From NCBI GenBank assembly GCA_001563335.1, contig LRSL01000095.1, forward strand, positions 1-64,000: 64,000 nt of DNA, written 5' to 3'. The stretch is from Candidatus Thorarchaeota archaeon SMTZ1-45. Its GTDB lineage: Archaea; Asgardarchaeota; Thorarchaeia; Thorarchaeales; Thorarchaeaceae. Both the position numbers and the translations under genes were made by a program. Below the pieces are notes generated by a model, which saw only the letters and a list, made by a program, of their open reading frames with translations, searched no databases and had not been told where the DNA came from. Shown here piece by piece: positions 27,041 to 37,379 of the stretch. Positions within the stretch are counted from its first letter, which is position 1, and each line of letters begins with the position of its first letter.

Positions 27041-30000
27041 TTGGAGTCAAGAGATCATGAGAGACCGAATTATACAGTAGATGAAGCACACGATATTGTC
27101 AAATCACTCTATGGTTTCTCGAGTGAGATTGTAGAACTACCAAGCGAACGAGATCAGAATTTTCACGTTATTGCAGATACAGGTGAAGAGTATGTTCTGA
27201 AGATTGCAGCAGAATCAGAACGAAGAGAAACTCTTGAGATGCAGAACAGCGCCATGCACCATCTCTCAACTGCTCATGGTAAGATCAATTCTCCAAAGAT
27301 CAAAAAAAGCATCAGTGGTCTTGAGATTGAAACAAGCACTCGAGATCGAACAACTCATTTTGTCAGGCTCGTATCGTATCTTCCAGGTAGGGTTTTTGCT
27401 CAAGTCAATCCTCACACACCAGAACTACTTCTTGACCTCGGACGATTTGTGGGCTCAATCAGTAAATGTCTTGCTGATTTTGATCACCCCGCCGCTCATC
27501 GTGAATTCTATTGGGACTTGAAAAACGCAAGTTCGGTAATTAGGAAAAATAAAGAAATCATCACTGAAGATAATAAAAGGGAGCTTGTTGATTACTTCTT
27601 GCATCTCTTTGAATCCCTAGTTTTTCCTAAGTTGAAGGAACTGAAGAAAAGTGTCATTCATAATGATGCAAACGACTATAATGTGATCGTTAATCGTCCA
27701 CATGACGAAGATTCACGCTCTTTTGGAATCTTAGACTTCGGAGATATGGTGTATTCCTATACTATTAATGAACTTGCTATAGCAATCGCATATGCAATAC
27801 TTGACAAACCTGATCCAATAAGAGTTGCTCAGAAGATTTTGTCTGGCTATCATGCTATATTTCCACTGTCAGTAGTTGATTTAGAACTGTTGTATCCCCT
27901 TGTCTGTACACGATTATCTATGAGTGTGTCAATCGCTGCACATCAACAACAACTTGAACCTGACAATGAATATCTTAGCATTAGTCAAAAACCTGCATGG
28001 AAAACGCTGACAATACTCAAGGAGATACATCCTCGATTTGCATCATATTGCTTCAGAGCTACTGTTGGTCTTGAACCATGTCAGAATTCTAAAGTTGTAG
28101 TGGATTGGATTAAAAATAATCAAAAGCAATTTGGTAGTCCTCTTGGGATGCCTATTGATGGAAAAAATAGTATTGTATTAGATCTAAGTGTAGGCAGCTT
28201 GGATGTAACTTCACCTCACCACCTCGCAGATCACAGAACCTTTGGAGATCTGATCAACAAGAAACTAAGGGCTGCTGGGGTCGACATAGGTGTCGGTAGA
28301 TATGATGAGCCCCGTTTGATTTATACTGGTGACCAATATATTGCATTTAACGGAGAGAAACGCACGGTTCATCTTGCTATGGACCTCTTCGTTGATAGTG
28401 GCACTCCAGTATTTTCAGTCTATGATGGGACTATCCATAGCTTTCAGGACAACGCTCTACCATTAGATAATGGACCAACCATTGTTATTGAGCACACGAC
28501 AACTCCAGATGTTCCACCCTTCTACATCCTCTATAGCCATCTGACTCGAGATTCACTTGAAGGACTGTCTATTGGAGAACATATCAAGAAAGGGCAGCAG
28601 ATTGGACGTGTTGGTGAATATCCCGATAATGGTGGGTGGCCTCCCCATCTTCATTTCCAGCTAATTGTAGATATGATGGATGAGAAAGGAGATTTTTATG
28701 GTGTTGCTCCACCTAGCAAACGTGATGTCTGGTTAAGCATATGTCCGAATCCCAACTTGATTCTTCAGATTCCCGCAAATATGTTTCCAGAACCAGACCT
28801 ATCCAAGAATGAAATCTTGGAGATTAGAAGTAAGTCAATTGGGCTTTCTCTAAGCGTTTCATACAGAAAACCTCTGAACATAGTTCGAGGATTCATGCAG
28901 TATCTCTATGATGAAACTGGTCGCGAGTATCTAGACATCCGCAACAATGTCCCTCAGGTTGGTCATAGTAATCCCCGAGTAGTGAAAGTGCTTAGTCAAC
29001 AAGCGGCAGTCCTAAACACGAACACTCGATATCTGCATCAAAATCTCGCGCTGTACGCAAAGCGATTGACAGCGAAACTACCCACAGACCTCAGTGTCTG
29101 TTTCTTTGTTAATAGTGGGAGTGAAGCAAATGAGCTTGCATTGAGATTGGCTCGAACCCATACCCGTCAAAAGGATGTTATTGCTATCAGAGGAGCCTAT
29201 CATGGAAACACAGCCGAGCTTATAGACATTAGTTCATACAAGCATGATGGTCCTGGCGGTGAAGGTTCACCTTCACATGTACATATCGTGAGAATGCCAG
29301 ACACGTATCGCGGAGAATACAAGGGTTCTGATGCAGGAAAGAAGTTCGCAGAAGACATTCTTAAGGCGACTAAGAGGATTAAAGAAGATGGTCGGGGTTT
29401 CGCTGCCTTTATCTGTGAGCCACTTATGGGCTGTGGTGGTCAGATTGTTTTCCCCAGAGACTATCTAAAAGAAGCATTCAGATATGTCCGTGAAGCTGGT
29501 GGGGTTTGTATTGTGGATGAGGTGCAAGTGGGTTTTGGAAGAATGGGCGATTACTTCTGGGGGTTCGAAACTCAAGGAGTCGTTCCAGATATTGTAACGA
29601 TGGGCAAACCAATTGGTAATGGTCATCCGATTGGAGCTGTGGTCACGACTCGCAAGATAGCAGATTCATTCACTACTGGTATGGAGTTCTTTAGTACAAC
29701 AGGCGGTAACACTGTTTCGTGTGCAGTAGGAATGGCTGTCTTGGATGAGATAGACCAAGAAAATCTGCAAGGGAATGCCAAGGACGTGGGGACATATTTA
29801 CTCAAAGGCTTGAAGAGTTTAATGAAAGCTCATCCAATCATTGGAGATGTCCGTGGATTTGGTCTCTTTATTGGTGTTGAACTCGTTCGAAACCGTGAAA
29901 CCCTAGAACCTGCGAGGGAGGAAACTAAGTATGTTGTGGAACGTTTTTGTGAACTTGGACTTCTCATCAGTGTTGATGGCCCTCTTCAAAATGTCCTCTT

Positions 30001-30106
30001 GATTAAGCCACCTTTGGTCTTCAATAAGGATAATGCCAATAGGTTAGTTGAAACACTAGACACAGTCCTTCGGGAAGATCCGATAACTCACTGTCAAGAA
30101 GAGTGA
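27041..30106 (+). CDS. Fusion: hydroxylysine-kinase-like phosphotransferase + M23 peptidase-like domain + class III PLP enzyme (phospho-lyase-like)
   Basis: Kinase [21 protein letters not shown]; M23 HLAMD and PHLHFQ; aminotransferase [31 protein letters not shown]. Confidence 0.9.
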   Translation: MESRDHERPNYTVDEAHDIVKSLYGFSSEIVELPSERDQNFHVIADTGEEYVLKIAAESERRETLEMQNSAMHHLSTAHGKINSPKIKKSISGLEIETSTRDRTTHFVRLVSYLPGRVFAQVNPHTPELLLDLGRFVGSISKCLADFDHPAAHREFYWDLKNASSVIRKNKEIITEDNKRELVDYFLHLFESLVFPKLKELKKSVIHNDANDYNVIVNRPHDEDSRSFGILDFGDMVYSYTINELAIAIAYAILDKPDPIRVAQKILSGYHAIFPLSVVDLELLYPLVCTRLSMSVSIAAHQQQLEPDNEYLSISQKPAWKTLTILKEIHPRFASYCFRATVGLEPCQNSKVVVDWIKNNQKQFGSPLGMPIDGKNSIVLDLSVGSLDVTSPHHLADHRTFGDLINKKLRAAGVDIGVGRYDEPRLIYTGDQYIAFNGEKRTVHLAMDLFVDSGTPVFSVYDGTIHSFQDNALPLDNGPTIVIEHTTTPDVPPFYILYSHLTRDSLEGLSIGEHIKKGQQIGRVGEYPDNGGWPPHLHFQLIVDMMDEKGDFYGVAPPSKRDVWLSICPNPNLILQIPANMFPEPDLSKNEILEIRSKSIGLSLSVSYRKPLNIVRGFMQYLYDETGREYLDIRNNVPQVGHSNPRVVKVLSQQAAVLNTNTRYLHQNLALYAKRLTAKLPTDLSVCFFVNSGSEANELALRLARTHTRQKDVIAIRGAYHGNTAELIDISSYKHDGPGGEGSPSHVHIVRMPDTYRGEYKGSDAGKKFAEDILKATKRIKEDGRGFAAFICEPLMGCGGQIVFPRDYLKEAFRYVREAGGVCIVDEVQVGFGRMGDYFWGFETQGVVPDIVTMGKPIGNGHPIGAVVTTRKIADSFTTGMEFFSTTGGNTVSCAVGMAVLDEIDQENLQGNAKDVGTYLLKGLKSLMKAHPIIGDVRGFGLFIGVELVRNRETLEPAREETKYVVERFCELGLLISVDGPLQNVLLIKPPLVFNKDNANRLVETLDTVLREDPITHCQEE

Positions 30107-31257
30107 TGGACATCATGCAAACAAGACCTGACTATTCTAGAAGTATTGTTAATCTCATGAGTTCAATAGGTTCCGCCTCAGGAGTAAATAGCCCATATCC
30201 TCCTCTTGATTCACTAGACTCTCTGAAGGAGTCAAAGAACATAGTCCTCATCATCTTAGATGGGCTTGGATTCAATTACCTTCGAAAACATGGGAATGGA
30301 ACTACACTTCAGAAGAATCTCAAAGGTTCTATCACTTCTGTCTTTCCTCCCTCCACAGGTTCTGCGATTACCTCTTTCCTCTCAGGGCTCCCTCCACAAC
30401 AACATGGTGTTATTGGCTGGTATGTTCACCTGAAGGAGTACGGCCTTGTTTCTCGGATTCTCCCATATACTAATGCAATTGATGGAAATGTTATCGATGC
30501 TCCGATTTCAAGGGTGATTGATGTCAAGAGTATCCTCAGTGACATCAACCGAGAGTACTCGATGATTTATGACTATCAAATCGTGGACTCTGAATACACA
30601 AGGAATCTCGCAGGTAGTGCCCGAAGGATTGGTTACTCTGACATTGACTCATTCTTCAGTAGTATCCGTAGTGCCATAACAAAGTCGAAAAAACAAAGCT
30701 ATGTTTACTCATATTGGCCCACCTTGGATAGCATTAGTCATTTTCTGGGTTGCGAAAGTCATGAGGCAAAGAAACACCTCATAGAGTTTGATGAAATGCT
30801 TTATTCGTTCATTGAAACCTTGACTGATTCAGACACGACATTGGTCATCACCGCGGATCATGGATTCAATGATGTTCCTCCAGAAAACATAGTGTACACA
30901 AGAGATCATCCAAAACTCGAAGAATGTCTACACCTCCCAGTGTGTGGTGACACCAGAACTGGATTCTGTTATGTGCGACCATCTAAAGTGTCGGAGTTTG
31001 AGAGATATATCAAGAATGATCTTGGTGATATTTGCAACCTTCATACAAGCAAAGAGTTGGTCCATGAGAACTGGTTTGGTTTTCATGACCCCCATCCGCG
31101 ACTGCTTGATAGAGTAGGTGATTACACTCTAACCTTCAATGAGGGTTTTGCGCTTTTGAACTGCTTCCCAGGATTTGAGCCTCCTGAGTTGAGTGGACAC
31201 CATGGAGGAGTGAGTTCCGATGAGATGAACGTCCCACTTATCATCATTGATTGTTGA
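30103..31257 (+). CDS. Alkaline phosphatase superfamily (NPP/phosphodiesterase-like) protein
   Basis: ILDGLG, VFPPST, LDSISH, TADHG and GHHGG; overlaps the upstream fusion stop by 4 nt. Confidence 0.88.
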   Translation: MMDIMQTRPDYSRSIVNLMSSIGSASGVNSPYPPLDSLDSLKESKNIVLIILDGLGFNYLRKHGNGTTLQKNLKGSITSVFPPSTGSAITSFLSGLPPQQHGVIGWYVHLKEYGLVSRILPYTNAIDGNVIDAPISRVIDVKSILSDINREYSMIYDYQIVDSEYTRNLAGSARRIGYSDIDSFFSSIRSAITKSKKQSYVYSYWPTLDSISHFLGCESHEAKKHLIEFDEMLYSFIETLTDSDTTLVITADHGFNDVPPENIVYTRDHPKLEECLHLPVCGDTRTGFCYVRPSKVSEFERYIKNDLGDICNLHTSKELVHENWFGFHDPHPRLLDRVGDYTLTFNEGFALLNCFPGFEPPELSGHHGGVSSDEMNVPLIIIDC

Positions 31258-31301
31258 AAACAACGAAACTTACTGAATCTATGAAGAAGACCCGAATTCT
31301 G

Positions 31302-33182
31302 CTAAGTTCTTCTCCTCTGAATCAAGACAACCGCGATTATGACAACTCCTGCACCAACTAGGAGAGCTCCTACGATGATTTCTGTGTTATCTGGACCCAG
31401 CTGTGTAAGATTCTCTAGATTCATCATATAGAACCTGTAGTGTATCTTGTCCGGGATGTCAGTGGTGAAGGGATTATCAGTTAGCCACTCTTCAATGACA
31501 TAACCATCGATAGCATATCCAGACTGATTTTGGAAAACTCTGTTTCGAGGTAGCGAATCCCATGCGTCCTCAGGAACCTCAGAAGCAGAAAATGAACTCG
31601 TGTTTGCCTCGACCATATTTCGTCCCCAAAACTGAAAGACTGCATTATCAAAGGACTCAGAAGTGGCATGAACATCAATGGTAACATTGTAAATTGGAGT
31701 TGGTAAAACAGTGCTCTCAAAAGGAATAATCATACGTGTTGTGTCAATGTCTGATTCAATCGATTCTGCTACGGATTCTGCATTGGGTATTCCCGGTCCA
31801 ATTATCCAATCTATCTGGTAGTCAATAGCTGGCGCAAAGTCAGACCAATCAGATGATTGTCTAGGCACAGATAGCTCAATCGAAATTTGATCACAAACAG
31901 AATCCGCTTCATACAATAGAAGACGTAGCTGAGCTATATCAGAGGAAATCAACAAATTCGGTACCGATGACAAGCTGTCCTCAAGAGCTTGTAGTTCAGT
32001 TTGTTGAGACGTGTTTAGAGAGAATCCTCTGAAGTAATCAATCTCATCTAGATAGCGTCCCCAGAGTTGCAACCCTTGCCCATTATTTATGAGGTCCATG
32101 TCAAATCTATCAAAGCTTGTGGGTTGCTGATACGAACACATCACTGACATACTAGTGCTAGCAAAAACCCATCCAAACATTGTATGTATGTCCGTTTGAC
32201 CAATACAATGACCCAATTCATGAATAATCGTTGGAGTGATAGAAGCACGTGGGTGATTTGGATCGCCACCATAGAAGTATGAAAATTCACTTCTACCGTT
32301 CAAACACCATGCATCAATCTCTGGAAAGGTCGAATTGATGCCGCCTAATCCGCCAATCGCCATCTGATAGAATACTGACCACAATGGATTGTGCTGAAGC
32401 ATGACCAATGCAGGAAGTACCAGATCAGAAGAAGTGTATCTTAGGTCTGAGCAGATAATGTCATGAAGAATATAGTCCGTCCGATTCAGATAATCATCAT
32501 CAATTATGATTCGACCATCTTGCGTCTTCTCCATCATAAAATCTGCAAACTCGGTATGGTTGTCATAGTCGAACCAAAATAACTCAATTTCCCAGGTAAT
32601 GAGCGGGAATGCTTCATTCAGTGTATCTTCGATGATGTCTGGATGTATCACCCAGGTGTGCATCATAGTATCATCATATGTTTCGTTCAACCCGTACATC
32701 ACGATTAATGGAATGAATGCCTCATATGGTGCATCGAAGTCCTTCACATAATCCACTACAGAATCCACTGCATAATACTCATCCACATAGTATGGAGGCA
32801 GCTCAAGACGCTTCGTCGTTTTTTCGAAGAGATATTCAAGCTGACCCGTCAAGTTCTGAAGGTTCAGGTCCTTCTCGTGCTCATGAACTGGCCACTCATA
32901 GCCATACTCAATCCATTCAGAAAGCCAATCCACAGCTCCAAAGTCTAGAAAGTAGTTCCTGCTATCTGAAATAAAACCTCGAAGAGGAAGGGAGTAGGGG
33001 ATATCACAAAGGGCGAAAAATGGAACCCACAAATCTTGATGATTGATATCGAAGTTGTTCCCAGTGTACCAGTATGTGGACCTCGTTTCATTATCTACCG
33101 CGCTTGTCTGTTGAATAATAGTTGTGCTAAGAAGAACGAACAGTGTGATTATCGTAATCACCTGAACTCTTGAATCCCTCAT
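31302..33182 (-). CDS. Secreted, C-terminally anchored zinc metalloprotease-like protein
   Basis: Signal peptide, IIHELGHCIGQTDIH zincin motif, SVM Met-turn, C-terminal TM followed by RRR. Confidence 0.75.
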   Translation of the reverse strand: MRDSRVQVITIITLFVLLSTTIIQQTSAVDNETRSTYWYTGNNFDINHQDLWVPFFALCDIPYSLPLRGFISDSRNYFLDFGAVDWLSEWIEYGYEWPVHEHEKDLNLQNLTGQLEYLFEKTTKRLELPPYYVDEYYAVDSVVDYVKDFDAPYEAFIPLIVMYGLNETYDDTMMHTWVIHPDIIEDTLNEAFPLITWEIELFWFDYDNHTEFADFMMEKTQDGRIIIDDDYLNRTDYILHDIICSDLRYTSSDLVLPALVMLQHNPLWSVFYQMAIGGLGGINSTFPEIDAWCLNGRSEFSYFYGGDPNHPRASITPTIIHELGHCIGQTDIHTMFGWVFASTSMSVMCSYQQPTSFDRFDMDLINNGQGLQLWGRYLDEIDYFRGFSLNTSQQTELQALEDSLSSVPNLLISSDIAQLRLLLYEADSVCDQISIELSVPRQSSDWSDFAPAIDYQIDWIIGPGIPNAESVAESIESDIDTTRMIIPFESTVLPTPIYNVTIDVHATSESFDNAVFQFWGRNMVEANTSSFSASEVPEDAWDSLPRNRVFQNQSGYAIDGYVIEEWLTDNPFTTDIPDKIHYRFYMMNLENLTQLGPDNTEIIVGALLVGAGVVIIAVVLIQRRRT

Positions 33183-33301
33183 CGAAATCGCCGTTTATTT
33201 ATGAAACAAATATATTATCTATCTCTTCGACGCACCTAGAAGACATTTTCGGTCATACACTTATAATTCCATGTGTTTAAAGCCAAAAGTCAGATGGTGA
33301 T

Positions 33302-34258
33302 TTGCTGATGGTTTCCTTCGAAGATATTGAACATGCGCGCAAATGCATCAAGGGTCATATCAAGACCACTCCATTGCATCATTCACCGCACCTCAGTGAA
33401 ATGATTCAGGGGTCAGTGTATTTGAAATTGGAAAATGAACAAATCACTGGATCGTTCAAGGTTCGAGGTGCTTTGAACAGGCTGATGACTCTGACGAAAG
33501 AACAAGCCTCAAGAGGAGTAATTACTGCCTCAACGGGAAATCATGGATTAGGCACCGCATATGCTGCAAAGAAATTGGGTATTTCTGCAAAAGTTGTATT
33601 TCCCAAAGAAGCATCACGAGTCAAGATGGAGAAAATGCAGAAGGCTGGTGTTGAAGTCATCCAGGATGTGGGGTATGCTGATATTGAGTCCTATGCTCGT
33701 AGACTTGCGAAAGAGAGGAGTTTGACCTACGTAAGTCCTTACAATGACCCCATGATAGTTGCCGGTGCTGGTACGACCGGTCTTGAGATTGTTGAGCAAC
33801 TAGGTAACATTGATGCTGTGATTGTACCAATTGGTGGGGGAGGTCTCATCTCGGGAATTGCTACTGTGGTGAAGGTCATGAGTCCACATACTGAGATGAT
33901 TGGAGTGCAATCTGAAGTTTCTCCAGAAGTCTACGAATCGTGGAAGGCAGGTCACTGGGTGGATGCTGAAGAATCTGATTCTGTTGCCCAAGGACTGATG
34001 GGCGGCGTTGAACCTGATTCAATCACTCTTGATATCATTCAGGAACTCTTGGATAGGATTGTTCTTGTAAAGGAATCCTCAATCATTGAAGCTATGCGTG
34101 TTCTGTATGAAAATGAGAACCTCATCATCGAAGGCGCAGGCGCTGCTTCGACAGCAGTCATCTTAGAAAGAGCAGATGAGTTCCAAGGGAAGCGTCTAGT
34201 CGCAGTTGTCACTGGTGGCAATATTAGCGAAGACGAATTAGTTACTCTTCTCTATTGA
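33302..34258 (+). CDS. Threonine/serine dehydratase (PLP fold II, no ACT domain)
   Basis: KLENEQITGSFKVRGA, STGNHG, PIGGGGLISG and TGGNI. Confidence 0.92.
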   Translation: MLMVSFEDIEHARKCIKGHIKTTPLHHSPHLSEMIQGSVYLKLENEQITGSFKVRGALNRLMTLTKEQASRGVITASTGNHGLGTAYAAKKLGISAKVVFPKEASRVKMEKMQKAGVEVIQDVGYADIESYARRLAKERSLTYVSPYNDPMIVAGAGTTGLEIVEQLGNIDAVIVPIGGGGLISGIATVVKVMSPHTEMIGVQSEVSPEVYESWKAGHWVDAEESDSVAQGLMGGVEPDSITLDIIQELLDRIVLVKESSIIEAMRVLYENENLIIEGAGAASTAVILERADEFQGKRLVAVVTGGNISEDELVTLLY

Positions 34259-34268
34259 ATTCCTATAT

Positions 34269-34829
34269 CTAACTCGTTGAACCTTCATCAACAATCCTGA
34301 TTGTGGCTGCTATTCTTGTTAGAAATTGGCTCTCATTTGGAATCATTCCCACGAAGGAGAGTCTATTATTGATTGATATAATTGGTGCAGAAGCCCCTAT
34401 GAATGCAGAGAATCCTTGTTCATCTAATACAGTTGAATCCCCACTCCCGCGCAGAGCTGCATTTAACCACTCCATAGCATCATCTATTTTCTCAGGAGTT
34501 TCATAGCCTGCCCATCTTATACAGATATTCTCTCCAAACTTGACTTGAGCCTGCTCCAATAATTGACTGATTTTCTCCATCGGGTCACTGGATGCAAGCT
34601 TCACAACAACAGTGTCTGCTTGAGGAGTGACTACAGGAGCAGTAGTATCTCCACATGCATCTTCATCTTTCACAACCGGGTCTGCTTCAACAATCCCAAT
34701 CCCTGACATTGGGGGGAAAACTGTAATTGTGACCTTCTCTATGCATTCATCATCCTTCATAGTCTTCTCGTTATGCCGTTTGGGTAATATCTGTATGGTT
34801 GTTACAATTTTAGACAGAAGCAACGGCAT
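34269..34829 (-). CDS. Hypothetical protein, possible thioredoxin-like fold
   Basis: ORF whose C-terminal APIISINNRLSFVGMIP resembles a thioredoxin cis-Pro strand; start uncertain. Confidence 0.5.
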   Translation of the reverse strand: MPLLLSKIVTTIQILPKRHNEKTMKDDECIEKVTITVFPPMSGIGIVEADPVVKDEDACGDTTAPVVTPQADTVVVKLASSDPMEKISQLLEQAQVKFGENICIRWAGYETPEKIDDAMEWLNAALRGSGDSTVLDEQGFSAFIGASAPIISINNRLSFVGMIPNESQFLTRIAATIRIVDEGSTS

Positions 34830-35421
34830 CTTTTGAAAATTCTTTATACACTACATCTGACTGTATGATTTTGAATGTTTGATCAAACCACTTGTACTCG
34901 CTCTCTGCAGGATTCAGACCTTGAACTACAGAGAACGGTTGTTTTACTTGCGTCTTCAAAGATCTTCGAACAAAATCACTATTCTCAAGAAGTCCCGCAT
35001 ACTTCCAAGACGGTAGCTTCAATTGTTTGCTCCCTTGAGTCAGGTTCTCGACAAGTGGTCGGAATAACTTGACCGGGAGAACTGGGTTGTTCTCTGGGTT
35101 GTCTAGGGCATATCCATAGAAAGCTGTCACTACTTGCGTTTTTGTCAACTTAATTTCTGGTTTCATTCCAGCTAGTATTTCGATTTCTGGAATGCCTATA
35201 TCCATTAGGTAGCAGTGAATGTTATTTATCATTGTACCAATGAAATCACTAACATTCTTTTGATGGAATGTTGATTTTAGCTTGAACACTACCGAAAAGG
35301 CTGTGAACTAAACCCAGTTCTTGGGGGAATCTTTCGGTGCTGAATCCTCCTTTCCAAAGCCCCTGAAGCCATCCAACCATAAGCTTGTTGTGTTCTCTCT
35401 CTCCTCATCACGCTCTTTCAT
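34810..35421 (-). pseudogene. Hypothetical gene interrupted by one in-frame TAG (pseudogene or readthrough)
   Basis: ATG 35421 reads MKERDEE...PKNWV, then TAG (35308-35310), then FTAFSVVFKLKS in the same frame as the track ORF 34810..35289. Confidence 0.55.
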
Positions 35422-35472
35422 AGTTTCACAATCCGTATGGGATTATTGTGCCTTTGTGAAGAATGTTGCTCT

Positions 35473-36405
35473 CTAGAACAACATCAAGTATATACCCAGA
35501 GCCGCTAAGACCAGAGCAACTAGGAGTATGGGAATGGACATTATATCTTTGTCAATCGCTGTTTCTTTGCCCAGGTCAACCTGAAGTGCAACTATCTGAT
35601 TCTCAAGCTTCTTCTCATCAATCCGACCTGACATAACTGTGGCAAGCAACATGGCTACTGTGATTAATCCCACACTAGACGATATTCTATCAGCTTCTGA
35701 TTCTAGTTGTGACACCTCATTCAACATCACACTAATTTGACTCTGCAATGATTGAACTTGGCTGAGTAGGAAGGACTCGCAGAAGAACTCAATACCTACA
35801 TTCTCAAAGATGAAGATTTCTTCATTAGTTTCTGGATCAACTGGACGGAGTCCCTCTCCACGTGCTTGAATCATGTCATAAGCGAAGAAATGTCCATAAT
35901 ATTGTTCAGGGGTCATGACTATCACAGGTGAACCAAACTCTGTTTCAAAAGATTGCCACATCTGCCACGTTATCGAGAAATTGTACCCCTCATTATTTTC
36001 ATGTGCAATGTAGTATGTGTTGGTACTTTGGTTGAAGTGTCTAAACAGGTGGAGTACCAAGAGATTGTTTTGATATCCTTGCATTTGGATTAACGTATCG
36101 ATGGTTCTCCTGAGATATACTTCTCTCTCTTCGGGTGTAAAACTTGCATTGAGCATTTCAAATTCTACATCTAGAAGTGTGATTTCTGCTAGCAGATCAA
36201 GGTACTCCCTTACTCTGGTAACATCTCGACCCATTATGTAGTATGCATGGTCCTCCATTCTCTCTAAATCATCCTGTAGATCTTGCACCGTTTCCTTCTC
36301 ATGAAGTGCTTGTGTAACATAGGTTTCTTGTAGACTCCCTGCTATGAACGCTATTCCTGAAATCATGAGAACAACAATTGTAGCTACTATTTGCGATCTA
36401 TCCAT
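35473..36405 (-). CDS. Membrane protein with coiled-coil extracellular domain
   Basis: One N-terminal and two C-terminal TM segments with heptad-rich helices; GAGGTGA RBS upstream. Confidence 0.7.
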   Translation of the reverse strand: MDRSQIVATIVVLMISGIAFIAGSLQETYVTQALHEKETVQDLQDDLERMEDHAYYIMGRDVTRVREYLDLLAEITLLDVEFEMLNASFTPEEREVYLRRTIDTLIQMQGYQNNLLVLHLFRHFNQSTNTYYIAHENNEGYNFSITWQMWQSFETEFGSPVIVMTPEQYYGHFFAYDMIQARGEGLRPVDPETNEEIFIFENVGIEFFCESFLLSQVQSLQSQISVMLNEVSQLESEADRISSSVGLITVAMLLATVMSGRIDEKKLENQIVALQVDLGKETAIDKDIMSIPILLVALVLAALGIYLMLF

Positions 36406-36526
36406 CTACTCTTCACCTCACAGTCACTCAGAGTCCACTAACTAAGTGACACTATGCAACTGACAAAACTAGAATATGTGGGGTGCGATTTCGTGTAAAT
36501 GCAAAGAAAGGCAATGCTTTACTGAC

Positions 36527-36811
36527 TCAGTACTCCACATCCCAAATTTCGTGTTCCTGAGCATAATCACGAGCTTGTTGCATGTCATCGAAGCACTTCA
36601 ATACATCATATGTGAAGTACTGTTGATCCTCCCGGTCAAGCTCGATAACCAGTCTAGGTTCTTCACTAGCTTTTTTGTAGATACGAATCAGACAGAGCTT
36701 GTTCTGAATTCCAGCATCAGCACATTTCTTGCATCCCTTGGGACCCTTGGCGCAATGGACCCCCTCGATGACCCGAATGATGTCTTCAAATTCCTCTGAA
36801 TCACTGGTCAT
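36527..36811 (-). CDS. Small hypothetical protein with a His/Cys cluster
   Basis: HCAKGPKGCKKC motif, possibly metal-binding. Confidence 0.55.
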   Translation of the reverse strand: MTSDSEEFEDIIRVIEGVHCAKGPKGCKKCADAGIQNKLCLIRIYKKASEEPRLVIELDREDQQYFTYDVLKCFDDMQQARDYAQEHEIWDVEY

Positions 36812-36901
36812 AGCAAATATGTCACAATTTCATATCTAATAATGTTCGTTGGATGGTTTCTCTGCCAATTTTCGCTACTTGACACACTAAATAGTCAAAC
36901 C

Positions 36902-37212
36902 TTATTCTGAAATATCCATGGTTTCTCTCAGTACAACCATAATTTCATCATGTCCTTCCCGCACAGCGTAGGATAAAGCTGTCATCCCCTCTTCACCTTC
37001 AGCACCTTCGATTTGTATAGTGGGATCCACACCTGCATCTAATAACATTCTCACGATTTCTAAGTGCCCTCTACTTGAAGCAAGGTGAAGTGCAGAGTCC
37101 TTCATGTATTCATTTTGAGCGTCAATATTTGCCCCAAACAGAGAGCATCTTGGACACTATCAAGGTCACATTCTGCAGCTGCATCTAGAAGGTTCTCATT
37201 CGCATTTGTCAT
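36902..37212 (-). pseudogene. Frameshifted ankyrin-repeat gene
   Basis: ATG 37212 gives MTNANENLLDAAAECDLDSVQDALCLG. A frame change at the G4 run near 37135 continues ANIDAQNEYMKDSALHLASSRGHLEIVRMLLDAG...TALSYAVREGH. Confidence 0.75.
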
Positions 37213-37379
37213 GTCTGCACTTTCCAGATGAGTTCTAATTAACGAGTACAATGTGGTCAAAAATGATGTTTGTGTCTATTTTTCCAAAACTGCATTGAAG
37301 GTTCTGATAATTAATTCAAAAGATTCATGTGCAAGATATGCTGAATATTACCAATTTCGTTGATTGAAGGTATTTGAGA

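Noticed and set aside
36476-36799. 107-aa plus-strand ORF and the many other short ORFs nested in or antisense to called genes
   Set aside because: They overlap better-supported genes and show no motifs or RBS.
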